Source: Eledone cirrhosa (Eukaryota). From it: a stretch of 64,000 nt of DNA. The notes below the pieces were generated by a model that worked only from the letters and a program-made list of their open reading frames with translations, made no database searches and had not been told where the DNA came from. The first letter of the stretch is position 1, and every line of letters starts with the position of its first letter. Position numbers and translations under genes: made by a program. Location of the stretch: assembly GCA_964016885.1 (NCBI GenBank), contig OZ024750.1, forward strand, positions 55,118,001 to 55,182,000, written 5' to 3'. Positions 25,175 to 36,406 of the stretch are shown piece after piece.

Positions 25175-27095
25175 ATGGTCACCCGGATAGTAAACCAAGT
25201 CATACAGAATGGGGTTGTTCTGAAGGACTGGCGTAGCAGCATCATCATTAACTGTTACAAGGGTAAAGGAGATGCCCTAGATAGGAGTAACTATAGAGGC
25301 ATTAAATTAATCGACCAGGTCATGAAGGTCACGGAAAAAGTAATAGCGCAACTAATCAGAGAGAGAATTGATCTAGATGAAATGCAGTTCGGGTTTGTGT
25401 CAGGTAAAAGTACCACAGACGCTCTTTTCATTGTACGACAACTACAGGAGAAGTACCTAGTTAAAAGTAAACCCCTATACTTAGCTTTTGTTGACTTGGA
25501 GAAAGCCTTCGACAGAGTCCCCCGTTCCATTATCTGGTGGGCTCTTAGAAAACTAGGTGTTGAGGAATGGCTTGTGAGAGCTATACGAGCCATGTATAAA
25601 GAAACAGTCAGCAAGGTTAGAATTAACAACGAATATAGTGAAGAGTTTAGCGTAAAAGTTGGTGTTCATCAGGGCTCCGTCCTTAGCCCCCTACTATTTA
25701 TTATTGCCCTTCAGGCTATAACAGTGGAGTTCAAGACCGGCTGCCCATGGGAACTCCTATACGCAGATGATCTAACGCTCATAGCTGAATCAATGGCCGA
25801 GCTAGAGAAGAAATTCCAAACATGGAAGCAAGGCCTAGAATCAGAAGGCCTTAAAATTAACCTGGCTAAGACTAAAGTTCTAGTTTGTAGGAAAGAAAAT
25901 AAGGCGCCGGTCCCTTCCGGGAAATGGCCATGCTCAGTGTGTAGGAAAGGCGTAGGTAGAAACTCCATTTTATGTCCCAAATGCAAAGTATGGGTTCATA
26001 AAAGATGTAGTGGGATCACAGGTAAGCTAACTAAGAACATAGATTTTACATGTGGCCGGTGCTCTGGTGCAATAAGTAGCAGCAAGTGCCCACAAAATAC
26101 TAGCTCTTTCAATTGCGCAGAGGGTTCTATAGAAATAGTGGACAGCTTCCGTTACCTGGGTAACAAAATCAGCAATGGGGGAGGGTGCTCTGAAAGTACA
26201 GTAGCTAGAGTCAGAACTGGATGGAAAAAGTTCAGAGAGCTTATACCACTATTAGCCGCTAAAGGGTTCTCCCTAAAAATGAAAGGCAGGTTGTATGATG
26301 CCTGCATATGAACAGCAATGTTGCATGGCAGTGAGACCTGGGCATTGTGTGCAGAGGATATACGCAGACTAGAGAGGAACGAAGCTTGCATGCTTCGCTG
26401 GATGTGTAATAGTAATATATGTGAACGGCAAAGCATAAACGAACTAAGGGAAAAATTAGAAATAAGAGGGATCAGATGTTGTGTACTCGAGAGAAGACTA
26501 CGTTGGTATGGTCCACGTGATGCGGATGAAAGACGACAGCTGTATAAAAAAAATGCAGGGCAATAAAGATAGACGGTAGCCACGGAGTAGGCAGACCCAG
26601 AAAAACCTGGGACGACTTGATAAATTCCGACCTCACACACTTACACCTCTCCAAGACAATGTCACTGGACCGAGATCTTTGGCGGTACTCAGTAATAGAG
26701 AAGACCCGCCTTACCTAGATACAAAGTAAAACCTACTACAGTCAGTAGGCACCTCTAACAAAATACACCCCACCCCATCCACACCGCCCCTTTCAATGTA
26801 AAGTTATGTTGGTGCCACAACATCCAGGCCGAAACAAATGAGGTCGTGTAGGTGTCACGAGAAAAAAAAAAAACACAGTCCACGCAGTAATGTGGCCGTG
26901 TAGGTAACACGGTAAAAACCTCTCAGTCCCACACTGTAAATGCGGTTGGTGTTAGGAAGGGCATCCAGCTGTAGAAAACCCGCCAGACAGTCCTATGCGA
27001 GCAAGACAACCACTCTTGCCTCAAGTGGGAAAATTCCCGTCCAAACCCATGCAAGCGTGGAATATGGACGTTAAACGATGATGATGATGATGATG

Positions 27096-27097
<2 letters not shown>
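25175..27097 (+). pseudogene. 5'-truncated RTE LINE (RT with internal PHD-like finger), disrupted
   Basis: NYRGIKL, QFGF, FVDLEKAFDRV, GVHQGSVLSPLLF, YADD motifs; stop at 26309-26311 (TGA where the copy at 63661 has CGA); later frameshift; 3' UTR and (GAT)n tail. Confidence 0.93.
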
Positions 27098-27126
<29 letters not shown>

Positions 27127-27277
27127 TCCTTTGACATTTCTTAGAAAAAAAATGAAAAAGTTTTGTGAGAACCCCAATGTTTATTTATTTTATTTTATTT
27201 TTAAATAAAATTAATAACATTAATTTTATTTTGAAATTAGGTTTATAAATATTAATTATCAGCAGACCTTTGTAGCA

Positions 27278-27388
27278 GTCTTGGCGGCTTAGTGGGAAGT
27301 ACCAGAGATGGTGAGGTCCTTGTCTGTAGGTTCAATCCTGGTCTGGGAGTTCAATCATTGCTGTAATGTGTCCTGTTAATCTTTTTTT
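27278..27388 (+). ncRNA. Candidate Pol III tRNA-like RNA, family 2a (block 1)
   Basis: TATAAATA at 27244 (-34), A box CGGCTTAGTGG at +8, B box GGTTCAATCC at 27329 plus a second GAGTTCAATC, T7 terminator. Confidence 0.55.
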
Positions 27389-27668
27389 AAATTTTCCTCA
27401 GAAAAAACTGAAAATCTTTGGTGAGAACCCCAATGTCTATTTATCTAATATAATTTAATTTATTTTATTTTATTTTATTTTACTTTAGTTAAATTGTCAA
27501 AACCACTGGTGATCTAAAGTTAGAGGAGACAGATAAAATAGACATATTGTCTCCTCAACCTTTAGATCTTCAGTGTTTTCGACAATTTAACTAAAATAAA
27601 AAATTAAATTCAATATAATTAAATAAATAGGGGTTCTCTTTTTCAAAGAGATATAGAAAGAAAATTAT

Positions 27669-27806
27669 AAAAGATTAACATGACACCTTACATGTATCTC
27701 ATGGACCAGGATTGAACCTGAGTCCCCAATTCAACCCTCAGACCAGGATTGAACACCCAGAACAGGATCTCACCATCTCTGGTACTTCCCACTAAGCTAC
27801 CGAGAC
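27669..27806 (-). ncRNA. Candidate Pol III tRNA-like RNA, family 2b (block 1)
   Basis: TATAAATA at 27840 (-34), GTCTCGG-TAGCTTAGTGG A box, duplicated GTTCAATCCTGGTC B boxes, T4 terminator. Confidence 0.55.
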
Positions 27807-28032
27807 TGATACAAAGATGTACTGAAATTTAATATTTATAAACCTACTTTCAAAATAAAATTAAAAATAAAATATATATATATATATATTCCTTTGACAT
27901 TTCTTAGAAAAAAGAACTGAAAAAGTTTTGTGAGAACGCCAATGTCTATTTATTTTATTTTATTTTTAATTAAATTAGTTATATTTTGAAAGTAGGTTTA
28001 TAAATATTAATTTTCAATAGACCTTTGTAGCA

Positions 28033-28134
28033 GTCTTGGTGGCTTAGTGGGAAGTACCAGAGATGGTGAGATCCTTGTCTGTAAGTTCAATTCTTGCTTG
28101 GAGACATGTCTAATGTGTCCTATTAATCTTTTTT
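28033..28134 (+). ncRNA. Candidate Pol III tRNA-like RNA, family 2c (block 1)
   Basis: TATAAATA at 27999 (-34), A box TGGCTTAGTGG at +8, T-arm GTAAG-TTCAATT-CTTGC at nt 49-65, cloverleaf-like fold 28033-28106, T6 terminator. Confidence 0.6.
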
Positions 28135-28255
28135 AAATTTTCCTTTTACATCTCTTAGAAATAACTGAAAATCTTTGGTGAGAACCCCAATGTCTATTTA
28201 TCTAATATAATTAATTTAATTTAATTTAATTTAATTTTTATTTTAGTGAAACCAC

Positions 28256-28596
28256 TGTTGTATTCAAGAGACCAGGTGGAGGGGTGGGTCTGCTAGATTC
28301 ATCGTGGGTAAAGAGCGGTGCTATGAACTTTTCTGGGTGGGAAATGACAATGGGCTGGGTATACACATACCACCCCACCACCCCACCGTAAAGTGGTCGT
28401 GGAGGCGCCACGGCAAAAAAGCACCCAGCCCGCTCTGTAAAGCTGACGTGGAGGTGCCACGTAAAAAAAAAAAGCACCCAGCACTCACTGCAAACTGGGT
28501 TGGCGTCAGGAAGGGCACCCAGCTGTAGAAACCAATCCAGAATCAGCTCCCACCCCACCCTTGCAAGCATGGAAAAGCGGACGTATGATGAAGTTG
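28256..28596 (+). mobile_element. Internally deleted RTE, unit 5 (5'-clipped, B variant)
   Basis: Begins at CCIQETRW; ELFWVGNDNG variant. Confidence 0.85.
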
Positions 28597-29370
28597 ATAT
28601 ATATATATATATATTAGTATATATATACACATACATATGTACACATATACACATACATATATATATATATATACACACACATATATATCAGTGTACATAT
28701 ATATATACATATATATATATATATAAATGAATATTTATTCAATTTAAAGCGCCAATTATCTATATATAACAAGATATGAATTTTTCTAGGGATGGGGAAA
28801 TTTTCAGTTTGTTTTTATATTTTCACTTCATTTTTTACTTTCTATTTAATACAGTCTTTGATCCAATATAATCCTGACAGTATTTGAACCAGTTTACCTC
28901 ATATATATGTATGCACACACAACACTCAAGTTTCGCCATCTACTGCTATTTCATTCATATTTATTGTTTAATTAACTCTGGTCTAATTCATCAACTATTG
29001 TTAATTATATTATTACGTAGATTTCTTATAAAATCTAGTGCATATATACGTGTATATATACAGGGAGACACTGTGTAATAGATGTAAAGAGAGTGGGAGA
29101 TAGAGTTATAGAAGTAAAGAGAGGGAGAGAAATAAGCGGTAGATAGAGCAATAGATGTAAAGAGAGGGTTAGAACGTTCAACTTGACAGTCAGTACATAT
29201 GCCAACTACCCAACCGGCCAGCCAGCCGTATTTGCGGTTGACTGGCCAGTTGGGCGGTTGGTATGTGGAACGTTCAACTATGCAGTCAGTACCAAAGTTC
29301 AACATTGTAGCCAGTGCATATGCCGATCGCCGCGACCTCTTTGCTCTATTTAAATGACCTGGAACTAAGT

Positions 29371-29483
29371 AAAAAGAGTAGGAGATAACTCGACAAGAGC
29401 GGAGAGGGTGAGATTCGAACCATGTAAAGTCGTTGGCTCCTGAACTTCGTAAGCGGGGCTGCTACTGACTGAGCAGCGCCGGC
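29371..29483 (-). ncRNA. Candidate Pol III small RNA, family 1, copy 5 (B variant unit)
   Basis: Identical to copy 1 by eye despite substitutions and indels in the flanks. Confidence 0.55.
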
Positions 29484-30498
29484 AGCAAGGCAAATCGCGC
29501 ATAAAATAACGCTTATATCGAAAAAATAAATCAAAAATTTCAATGTTGCACTCTTGTTTGTTGTTCTTTTATTTTACGTAAACATTTCGCTGCTCTAGCC
29601 TCTTATTTCCTATTAGATTACACTTAATTCCATTAAACATTCATTCTTAGTCTCGTGGTAAACTATTTCATCTATATTTATATCGCTGTTACAGCCTTTT
29701 ATTTCTACATCTATCACCTATAGCCACTGTTACGCCGGTAGTATAAGTAGCTTTATAACAAGAAACGATGATATAACTCCACAAAATGTCTTCTTGAGCA
29801 AGACACTTCACCTCATATTGCTCCAGTACACCGAGTTACACATAGACAGATACATACATACACATATATATGTACACAGATAGAAATAAGAGGGAGATAG
29901 AGTAAAAGATGTAAAGATAGTGTAAAAGATTTAAAGAGAGGGTGAGAGTGTGACACACATTTATCTGTCTATCTCTCTCTATTTTAACACCGGTCGTTAT
30001 AATTAGTTTTATAACACCGCTATATTACCGACATGAAAGAGGTAAATAATTATTTCTTAAATGTTTAGAACATGTTTCTCTTGTCTTCTTAAATGTATAG
30101 AACATGTTTCTTATTTATATTCTTAACATAGCTAGGACCTTATCTCATTTACTGGTCTCTACTTTTAGGGCTTTGCTGGTCCCATGTGCCCTCCATGAAG
30201 ACACACTCGCCCCTTCTCTCTCAGTCTCCGTACTAATTACTACACATACGTATATATATTTATTTTAAGAAACCTTAATGACAAATAATATAAAGTGTTT
30301 GTAAAGTGGGGAAGAGTAGTTTTACGGTGGGGTTGTTATATAGATATCGTTTTTGCAGTGGGGTCGTGACTGGCGTATAATAATGAGTCACTGTTGATGT
30401 ATATACAAATCATATTTTGGATATAAGTGAAGTTATTTAAGAGATTTAGTTGTTTTGTATACATTCCAGTTGTTGTCTCCCTGTTTCTTCTTCAACAA

Positions 30499-32500
30499 CT
30501 ATAACGGTACGCGATGGGGCCCACCCACAGCCCCGGCGGACAGAATGGAGAAGGCGTTTCCCCGGAGCACGGCAAGGGAGACGCGCTGGAAAAGCCACTC
30601 CAACTCGCGGGGCTCACACCTGCGACTGGCCAGCTCAGCGCCTATGGTGGTGAGTAAGGAGGTAGCCCTGGGGTCGAGGACACCAGAAGTCTCCACTTCC
30701 AGGGGTACGACCGCAAACCTGTCGGAGAGTGAACGATATGTGAGGAGTTTGGCCCTCTCAGCCTGACGTGCAGCAGAACCTGGGCCAGTCGCAGACTGCA
30801 CCAGGTTGCGGCTGCAGAAAGTGTCGGTGCAAGTGGCATCCCAGACGAGGGGTTTGCCACCGCGGAACGGGAAGATGGTCATGCCATCTGGCCTTTTGCC
30901 GTCCCCTGGAGCTGGGAAGGGAAGCCTGCAGCGTCCAAGCCATGCTTAATGATTTCGTTGAGGGCAGCATGGCGTGGATTGCGGCTGGCACTGTGGCGAC
31001 AGGAAAGCGGGTGGAGGCCGAAAGAGTCCATGGTGGAACGGCAGCGACATTGGTGTGAGGCCGAGCCTCAGGGAAACGCCGATGCGCAAGCTATGGTTGT
31101 CTAGCTGCGTGCGAGTGGAGAAGGAGGGCAGGGCATGGAGCCAGGCCCCACTGTGGGGTTTGGAGGCCGCACGAAAACAAACAAGGCGGTGCTGGTCGAG
31201 CTGGCACGTGAGCCTGTCTGAGGCCAGGCTGCACTGGATGGCATCCCAAGTGTGTTGGGGGGACTTGACGTCAACAGGGGGAGAAGGAGGAGGAACGTCT
31301 ACTGGGCTAAGTCCCAGCCGGTGCCACGTCTCACAGGCGGCCACGCGTTCTCTGAACACAGAGGGTTCTGTTGTGTTTTGAAGAACCCTGCTGAGGTGGA
31401 CGTGGTACGAGGTTACCGACGAAAGATACGCCGGCAAAGCTAGTGAGATCGGGGACTGGAGGCGAAGGTCGCCATACCTGATAGGTAAAGTTGCATATCT
31501 CATCGGCTGCTGCTCGGATACAAGTCTGGGTGTAGCACAGAGTGTATAGAGGAGCTTCGGCATGGCGTAGCAGTTCCTCAGCAGAAAGAGAACTGGGTGG
31601 CCATCAATCAAGCCCAGTCGGCTCGTGAGAGTCTGAACTTGATGGTGGAGCGGATGGCCGGCGGGTGGATCGGTGAGGGCATCCTCTTTGGGGGTCACCT
31701 GAACCTGGCGGAGAATGGACCGCACGTCCAAGACGGAGACTGCAAAGCTTGCAGCATCGAGGCTGACATTCACCACCTCCGACTTGGCTGAGTTGACCTG
31801 GAGGTCGATTCCCGCCAGGGCAGGAACCACCGATTGAAGGTCATGGCAGACCGCCTGTACGGGCCCACCCAAAGTAGCATCATCCAGATACCAAACGTTG
31901 AGAGGGGCCGTTATACTCCGGGCGATGTGGTCAATACCAAGGGTGAACAGGAGGGGTCCCAAAGGGTTGCCCTGTTGGATCCCAGTAGCCAAGGGTATGA
32001 CCGTATCAGCAGCATGTCGCATGCTCGGGGCTCCATATGACAGCTAGGCAGAGGGGGCTCGGCTGAGGCAGGCCTCGAGCAGATGATCCCAGCGTAAAGA
32101 GTTGAAGGCATTCCTCATGTCAAACTTGACAATGAGGTGGCTGGAGTCCCTGGATGCCGGTTCCGAGTGTTACGGACTTGCAGGTTACCTTGGCAGCCAG
32201 CCTCCGGAAGACATTGCCCACAGCAATGGGGCGTATGCCACCCTCTTTCTTCCTGAGAGCGGTGAAGCTGGCTGAAAAAAAGAGGCCTCGAGCATAAGAG
32301 TCCAGGGCGCCATGGATGAGCCTATTGGTGAGCGCCACAATTGCACTCAGAAGGCGGCGCCCGGCCTCAGCGGAGAGGGGAGATGTCAACTCCTTGAGGA
32401 GGCCTGGTCAGAGACCATCAACATCACCGCAGCTGCTAGCTGGGAAGGACCTGATGGCGGACATGATGTCTGCATCAGAAGCCACAAGGAGCAAGTGTGG
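30499..32500 (-). pseudogene. CRE-like RLE LINE, unit 5 (B variant, 358-aa open stretch)
   Basis: Same motifs (GGIRPIAVG, WYLDD, LVWDATC); fewer frameshifts, but still interrupted. Confidence 0.85.
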
Positions 32501-33959
32501 ATTACAATACAAAACCTCTGAGAATGATTTCTAAGATATTTCACCATAATTAATTTTCATCAATATATATTAATATTATTATTGTTTATTAGGTCAGGTG
32601 GATTGGCCAGAACAATTCTACTCTTCTTTTTTAGATGTCACGATTTTTCATGGCATTCCTGAGATCATTAATCTCCAGCTGGAGATCCAGAGACATCTGA
32701 TGTATGTAGGTGAACCTCAGTCATCCCACTTGGGTCTTACTATGTTTAGGTATCCACCACAGGAGCCAGCTCATCAGGTCATCCTACCCTCAGCAGCAAT
32801 GTCCAGCATCTATTGATTTCCGCTCCCTAGTTATTGTGGTAATCTTCGATATCTGGGAATATATTTCTTCTGCTTAAGGGAGTAATAAATATATAGTTTT
32901 AAAAAAAACATATATATACACACACATATATATATGTTGTCATTTATAAGAGTTCTCTATCAAAAGCCTTCTCTATGTCCAAAGCTAAGTATAGTGGCTT
33001 ATTTTTCTCTAAGAACCTCTTTTGTAGTTGTCTCACTAAGAAGAGGGCATCTGTTGCACTTTTCAGCGGCACAAAACCAAACTGCATCTCATACATATAC
33101 ATACATACATACATATACACATACATACATACATCATCATCATCATCATCATCATTTCGTTTTAAGTCCGCTTTTTCCCTGCTTGCAAGGGTGGGACGGG
33201 AACTGATTCTGGCTTGATTTCTACAGCTGGATGCCCTTCCTAACACCAACCTCATTTACAGTGAGTGCTGAGTGCTTTTTTGCCGTGGCACCTCCACGAC
33301 CACTTTGCAGTGGAATGATATGGACCCCAGTCCCTATCATCTCATTTCTACAGCTGAGTAAACTGGAGCAATGTGAAATAAAGTGTCTTGCTCAAGGAAA
33401 CAACACATCACCCGGTCTGAGAATTGAACTCACAACCTTTCGATTGCCAGGCCAATGCTCGAACCACTAAGCCATGTGCCTCCATATACATATACATATA
33501 CATACACATACATATATATATACATACATACATATATACACATACATACATACACATACATACACATATACATACATATACATACATAGATATATATATA
33601 TACATAATATAAATATACATACATACACATACATAAGCATATACACATAAGTATATATACATATACACACGTATATATACATATACATACATACATATAT
33701 ACACATACATACATATATACATACATACACACATATATACATATACACATACATACATATACATACATATACACATACATACATATATATATATACATAC
33801 ACACACATATATACATACACACACATATATACAAACACATACATATACACATATATACACATACATACACATACATATACATACATATACACATATACAC
33901 TCATATATACATATACATACATACACACACATTACATACATATATACATATACATACAT

Positions 33960-34510
33960 AAAGACAAATCCACCTCATGGACGAGAATGCAAGGGCTCCT
34001 CCTCTTTGTTTCGGCCGCGGATGGCTAACCCTAACCCCATCCCCGCTCCCCACTGCTCCCAACCTCCAAACGCAATCCAAAACTTCAGAGTTGGTACCAT
34101 TAATGTAGGCACCTTATAGGGTGGCTCTAACGAGGTTGTAGAAATGCTTGAACGTAAGGAGGTCGATGTTTGTTGTATTCAAGAGACCAGGTGGAGGGGT
34201 GGGTCTGCTAGATTCATCGTGGGTAAAGAACGATGCTATAAGCTTTTCTGTGTGGCAAATGACAATGGGCTGGGTATACACATACCACCCCACCACCCCA
34301 CCGCAAAGTGGTCGTGGAGGCGCCGCGGCAAAAAAGCACCCAGCCCACACTGTAAAGCTGACGTGGAGGTGCCACGGAAAAAAAAAAGCACCCAGCACTC
34401 ACTGCAAACGGGGTTGGCGTCAGGAAGGGCACTCAGCTGTAGAAACCAATCCAGAATCAGCTCCCACCCCACCCTTGCAAGCATGGAAAAGCGGACGTAT
34501 GATGAAGTTG
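33960..34510 (+). mobile_element. Internally deleted RTE, unit 6
   Basis: Near-identical to 390-940. Confidence 0.85.
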
Positions 34511-34514
34511 ATAT

Positions 34515-34559
<45 letters not shown>

Positions 34560-35298
34560 TATATATATACACATATATATATACACACATATATATCAGT
34601 GTACATATATATATACATATATATATATATAAATGAATATTTATTCAATTTAAAGCGCCAATTATCTATATATAACAAGATATGAATTTTTCTAGGGATG
34701 GGGAAATTTTCAGTTTGTTTTTATATTTTCACTTCATTTTTTACTTTCTATTTAATACAGTCTTTGATCCAATATAATCCTGACAGTATTTGAACCAGTT
34801 TACCTCATATATATGTATGCACACACAACACTCAAGTTTCGCCATCTACTGCTATTTCATTCATATTTATTGTTTAATTAACTCTGGTCTAATTCATCAA
34901 CTATTGTTAATTATATTATTACGTAGATTTCTTATAAAATCTAGTGCATATATACGTGTATATATACAGGGAGACACTGTAATAGATGTAAAGAGAGTGG
35001 GAGATAGAGTTATAGAAGTAAAGAGAGGGGGAGAACTAAGCGGTAGATAGAGTAATAGATGTAAAGAGAGGGTTAGAACGTTCAACTTGACAGTCAGTAC
35101 AATGTTCTGCATGGTAGCCAGTACATATGCCAACTACCCAACCGGCCAGCCAGCCGCATATGCGGTTGACTGGCCAGTTGGGCGGTTGGTATGTGGAACG
35201 TTCAACTACGCAGTCAGTACCAAAGTTCAACATTGTAGCCAGTGCATATGCCGATCGCCGCGCCCTCTTTGCTCTATTTTAATGACCTGGAACTAAGT

Positions 35299-35411
35299 AA
35301 AAAGAGTAGGAGATAACTCGACAAGAGCGGAGAGGGTGAGATTCGAACCATGTAAAGTCGTTGGCTCCTGAACTTCGTAAGCGGGGCTGCTACTGACTGA
35401 GCAGCGCCGGC
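35299..35411 (-). ncRNA. Candidate Pol III small RNA, family 1, copy 6
   Basis: Matches 1757-1869. Confidence 0.55.
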
Positions 35412-36406
35412 AGCAAGGCAAATCGCGCATAAAATAACGCTTATATCGACAAAAAAAAAAAAAAAATTTCAATGTTGCACTCTTGTTTGTTGTTCTTTTA
35501 TTTTACGTAAACATTTCGCTGCTCTAGCCTCTTATTTCCTATTAGATTACACTTAATTCCATTAAACATTCATTCTTAGTCTCGTGGTAAACTATTTCAT
35601 CTATATTTATATCGCTGTTACAGCCTTTTATTTCTACATCTATCACCTATAGCCACTGTTACGCCGGTAGTATAAGTAGCTTTATAACAAGAAACGATGA
35701 TATAACTCCACAAAATGTCTTCTTCAGCAAGACACTTCACTTCATATTGCTCCAGTACACCGAGTTACACATAGACAGATACATACATACATACACAGAT
35801 AGAAATGAGAGGTAGATAGAGTAAAAGATTTAAAGAGAGTGTGAGAAGTACGAGTTAGATAGTGTAAAAGATTTAAAGAGAGGGTGAGAGTGTGACACAC
35901 ATTTATCTGTCTATCTCTCTCTATTTTAACACCGGTCGTTATAATTAGTTTTATAACACCGCTATATTACCGACATGAAAGAGGTAAATAATTATTTCTT
36001 AAATGTTTAGAACATGTTTCTCTTGTCTTCTTAAATGTATAGAACATGTTTCTTATTTATATTCTTAACATAGCTAGGACCTTATCTCATTTACTGGTCT
36101 CTACTTTTAGGGCTTTGCTGGTCCCATGTGCCCTCCATGAAGACACACTCGCCCCTTCTCTCTCAGTCTCCGTACTAATTACTACACATACGTATATATA
36201 TTTATTTTAAGAAACCTTAATGACAAATAATATAAAGTGTTTGTAAAGTGGGGAAGAGTAGTTTTACGGTGGGGTTGTTATATAGATATCGTTTTTGCAG
36301 TGGGGTCGTGACTGGCGTATAATAATTAGTCACTGTTGATGTATATACAAATCATGTTTTGGATATAAGTGAAGTTATTTAAGAGATTTAGTTGTTTTGT
36401 ATACAT

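Larger units (their letters stand above)
27223..27861. repeat. ~640 bp imperfect inverted repeat, loop 27532-27547 (repeated in blocks 2 and 3)
   Basis: TTTAGTTAAATTGTC..GATCTAAAG..GAGGAGACA / TGTCTCCTC..CTTTAGATC..GACAATTTAACTAAA; the arms extend outwards through the family 2a/2b genes and their TATA boxes. Confidence 0.85.

Noticed and set aside
25055-26311. 418-aa RT ORF as a domesticated gene (TTTTCAG acceptor-like site before it)
   Set aside because: The N-terminal 40 aa are low-complexity flank, it ends at a CGA>TGA nonsense change followed by a frameshift, and identity among copies reflects recent duplication.
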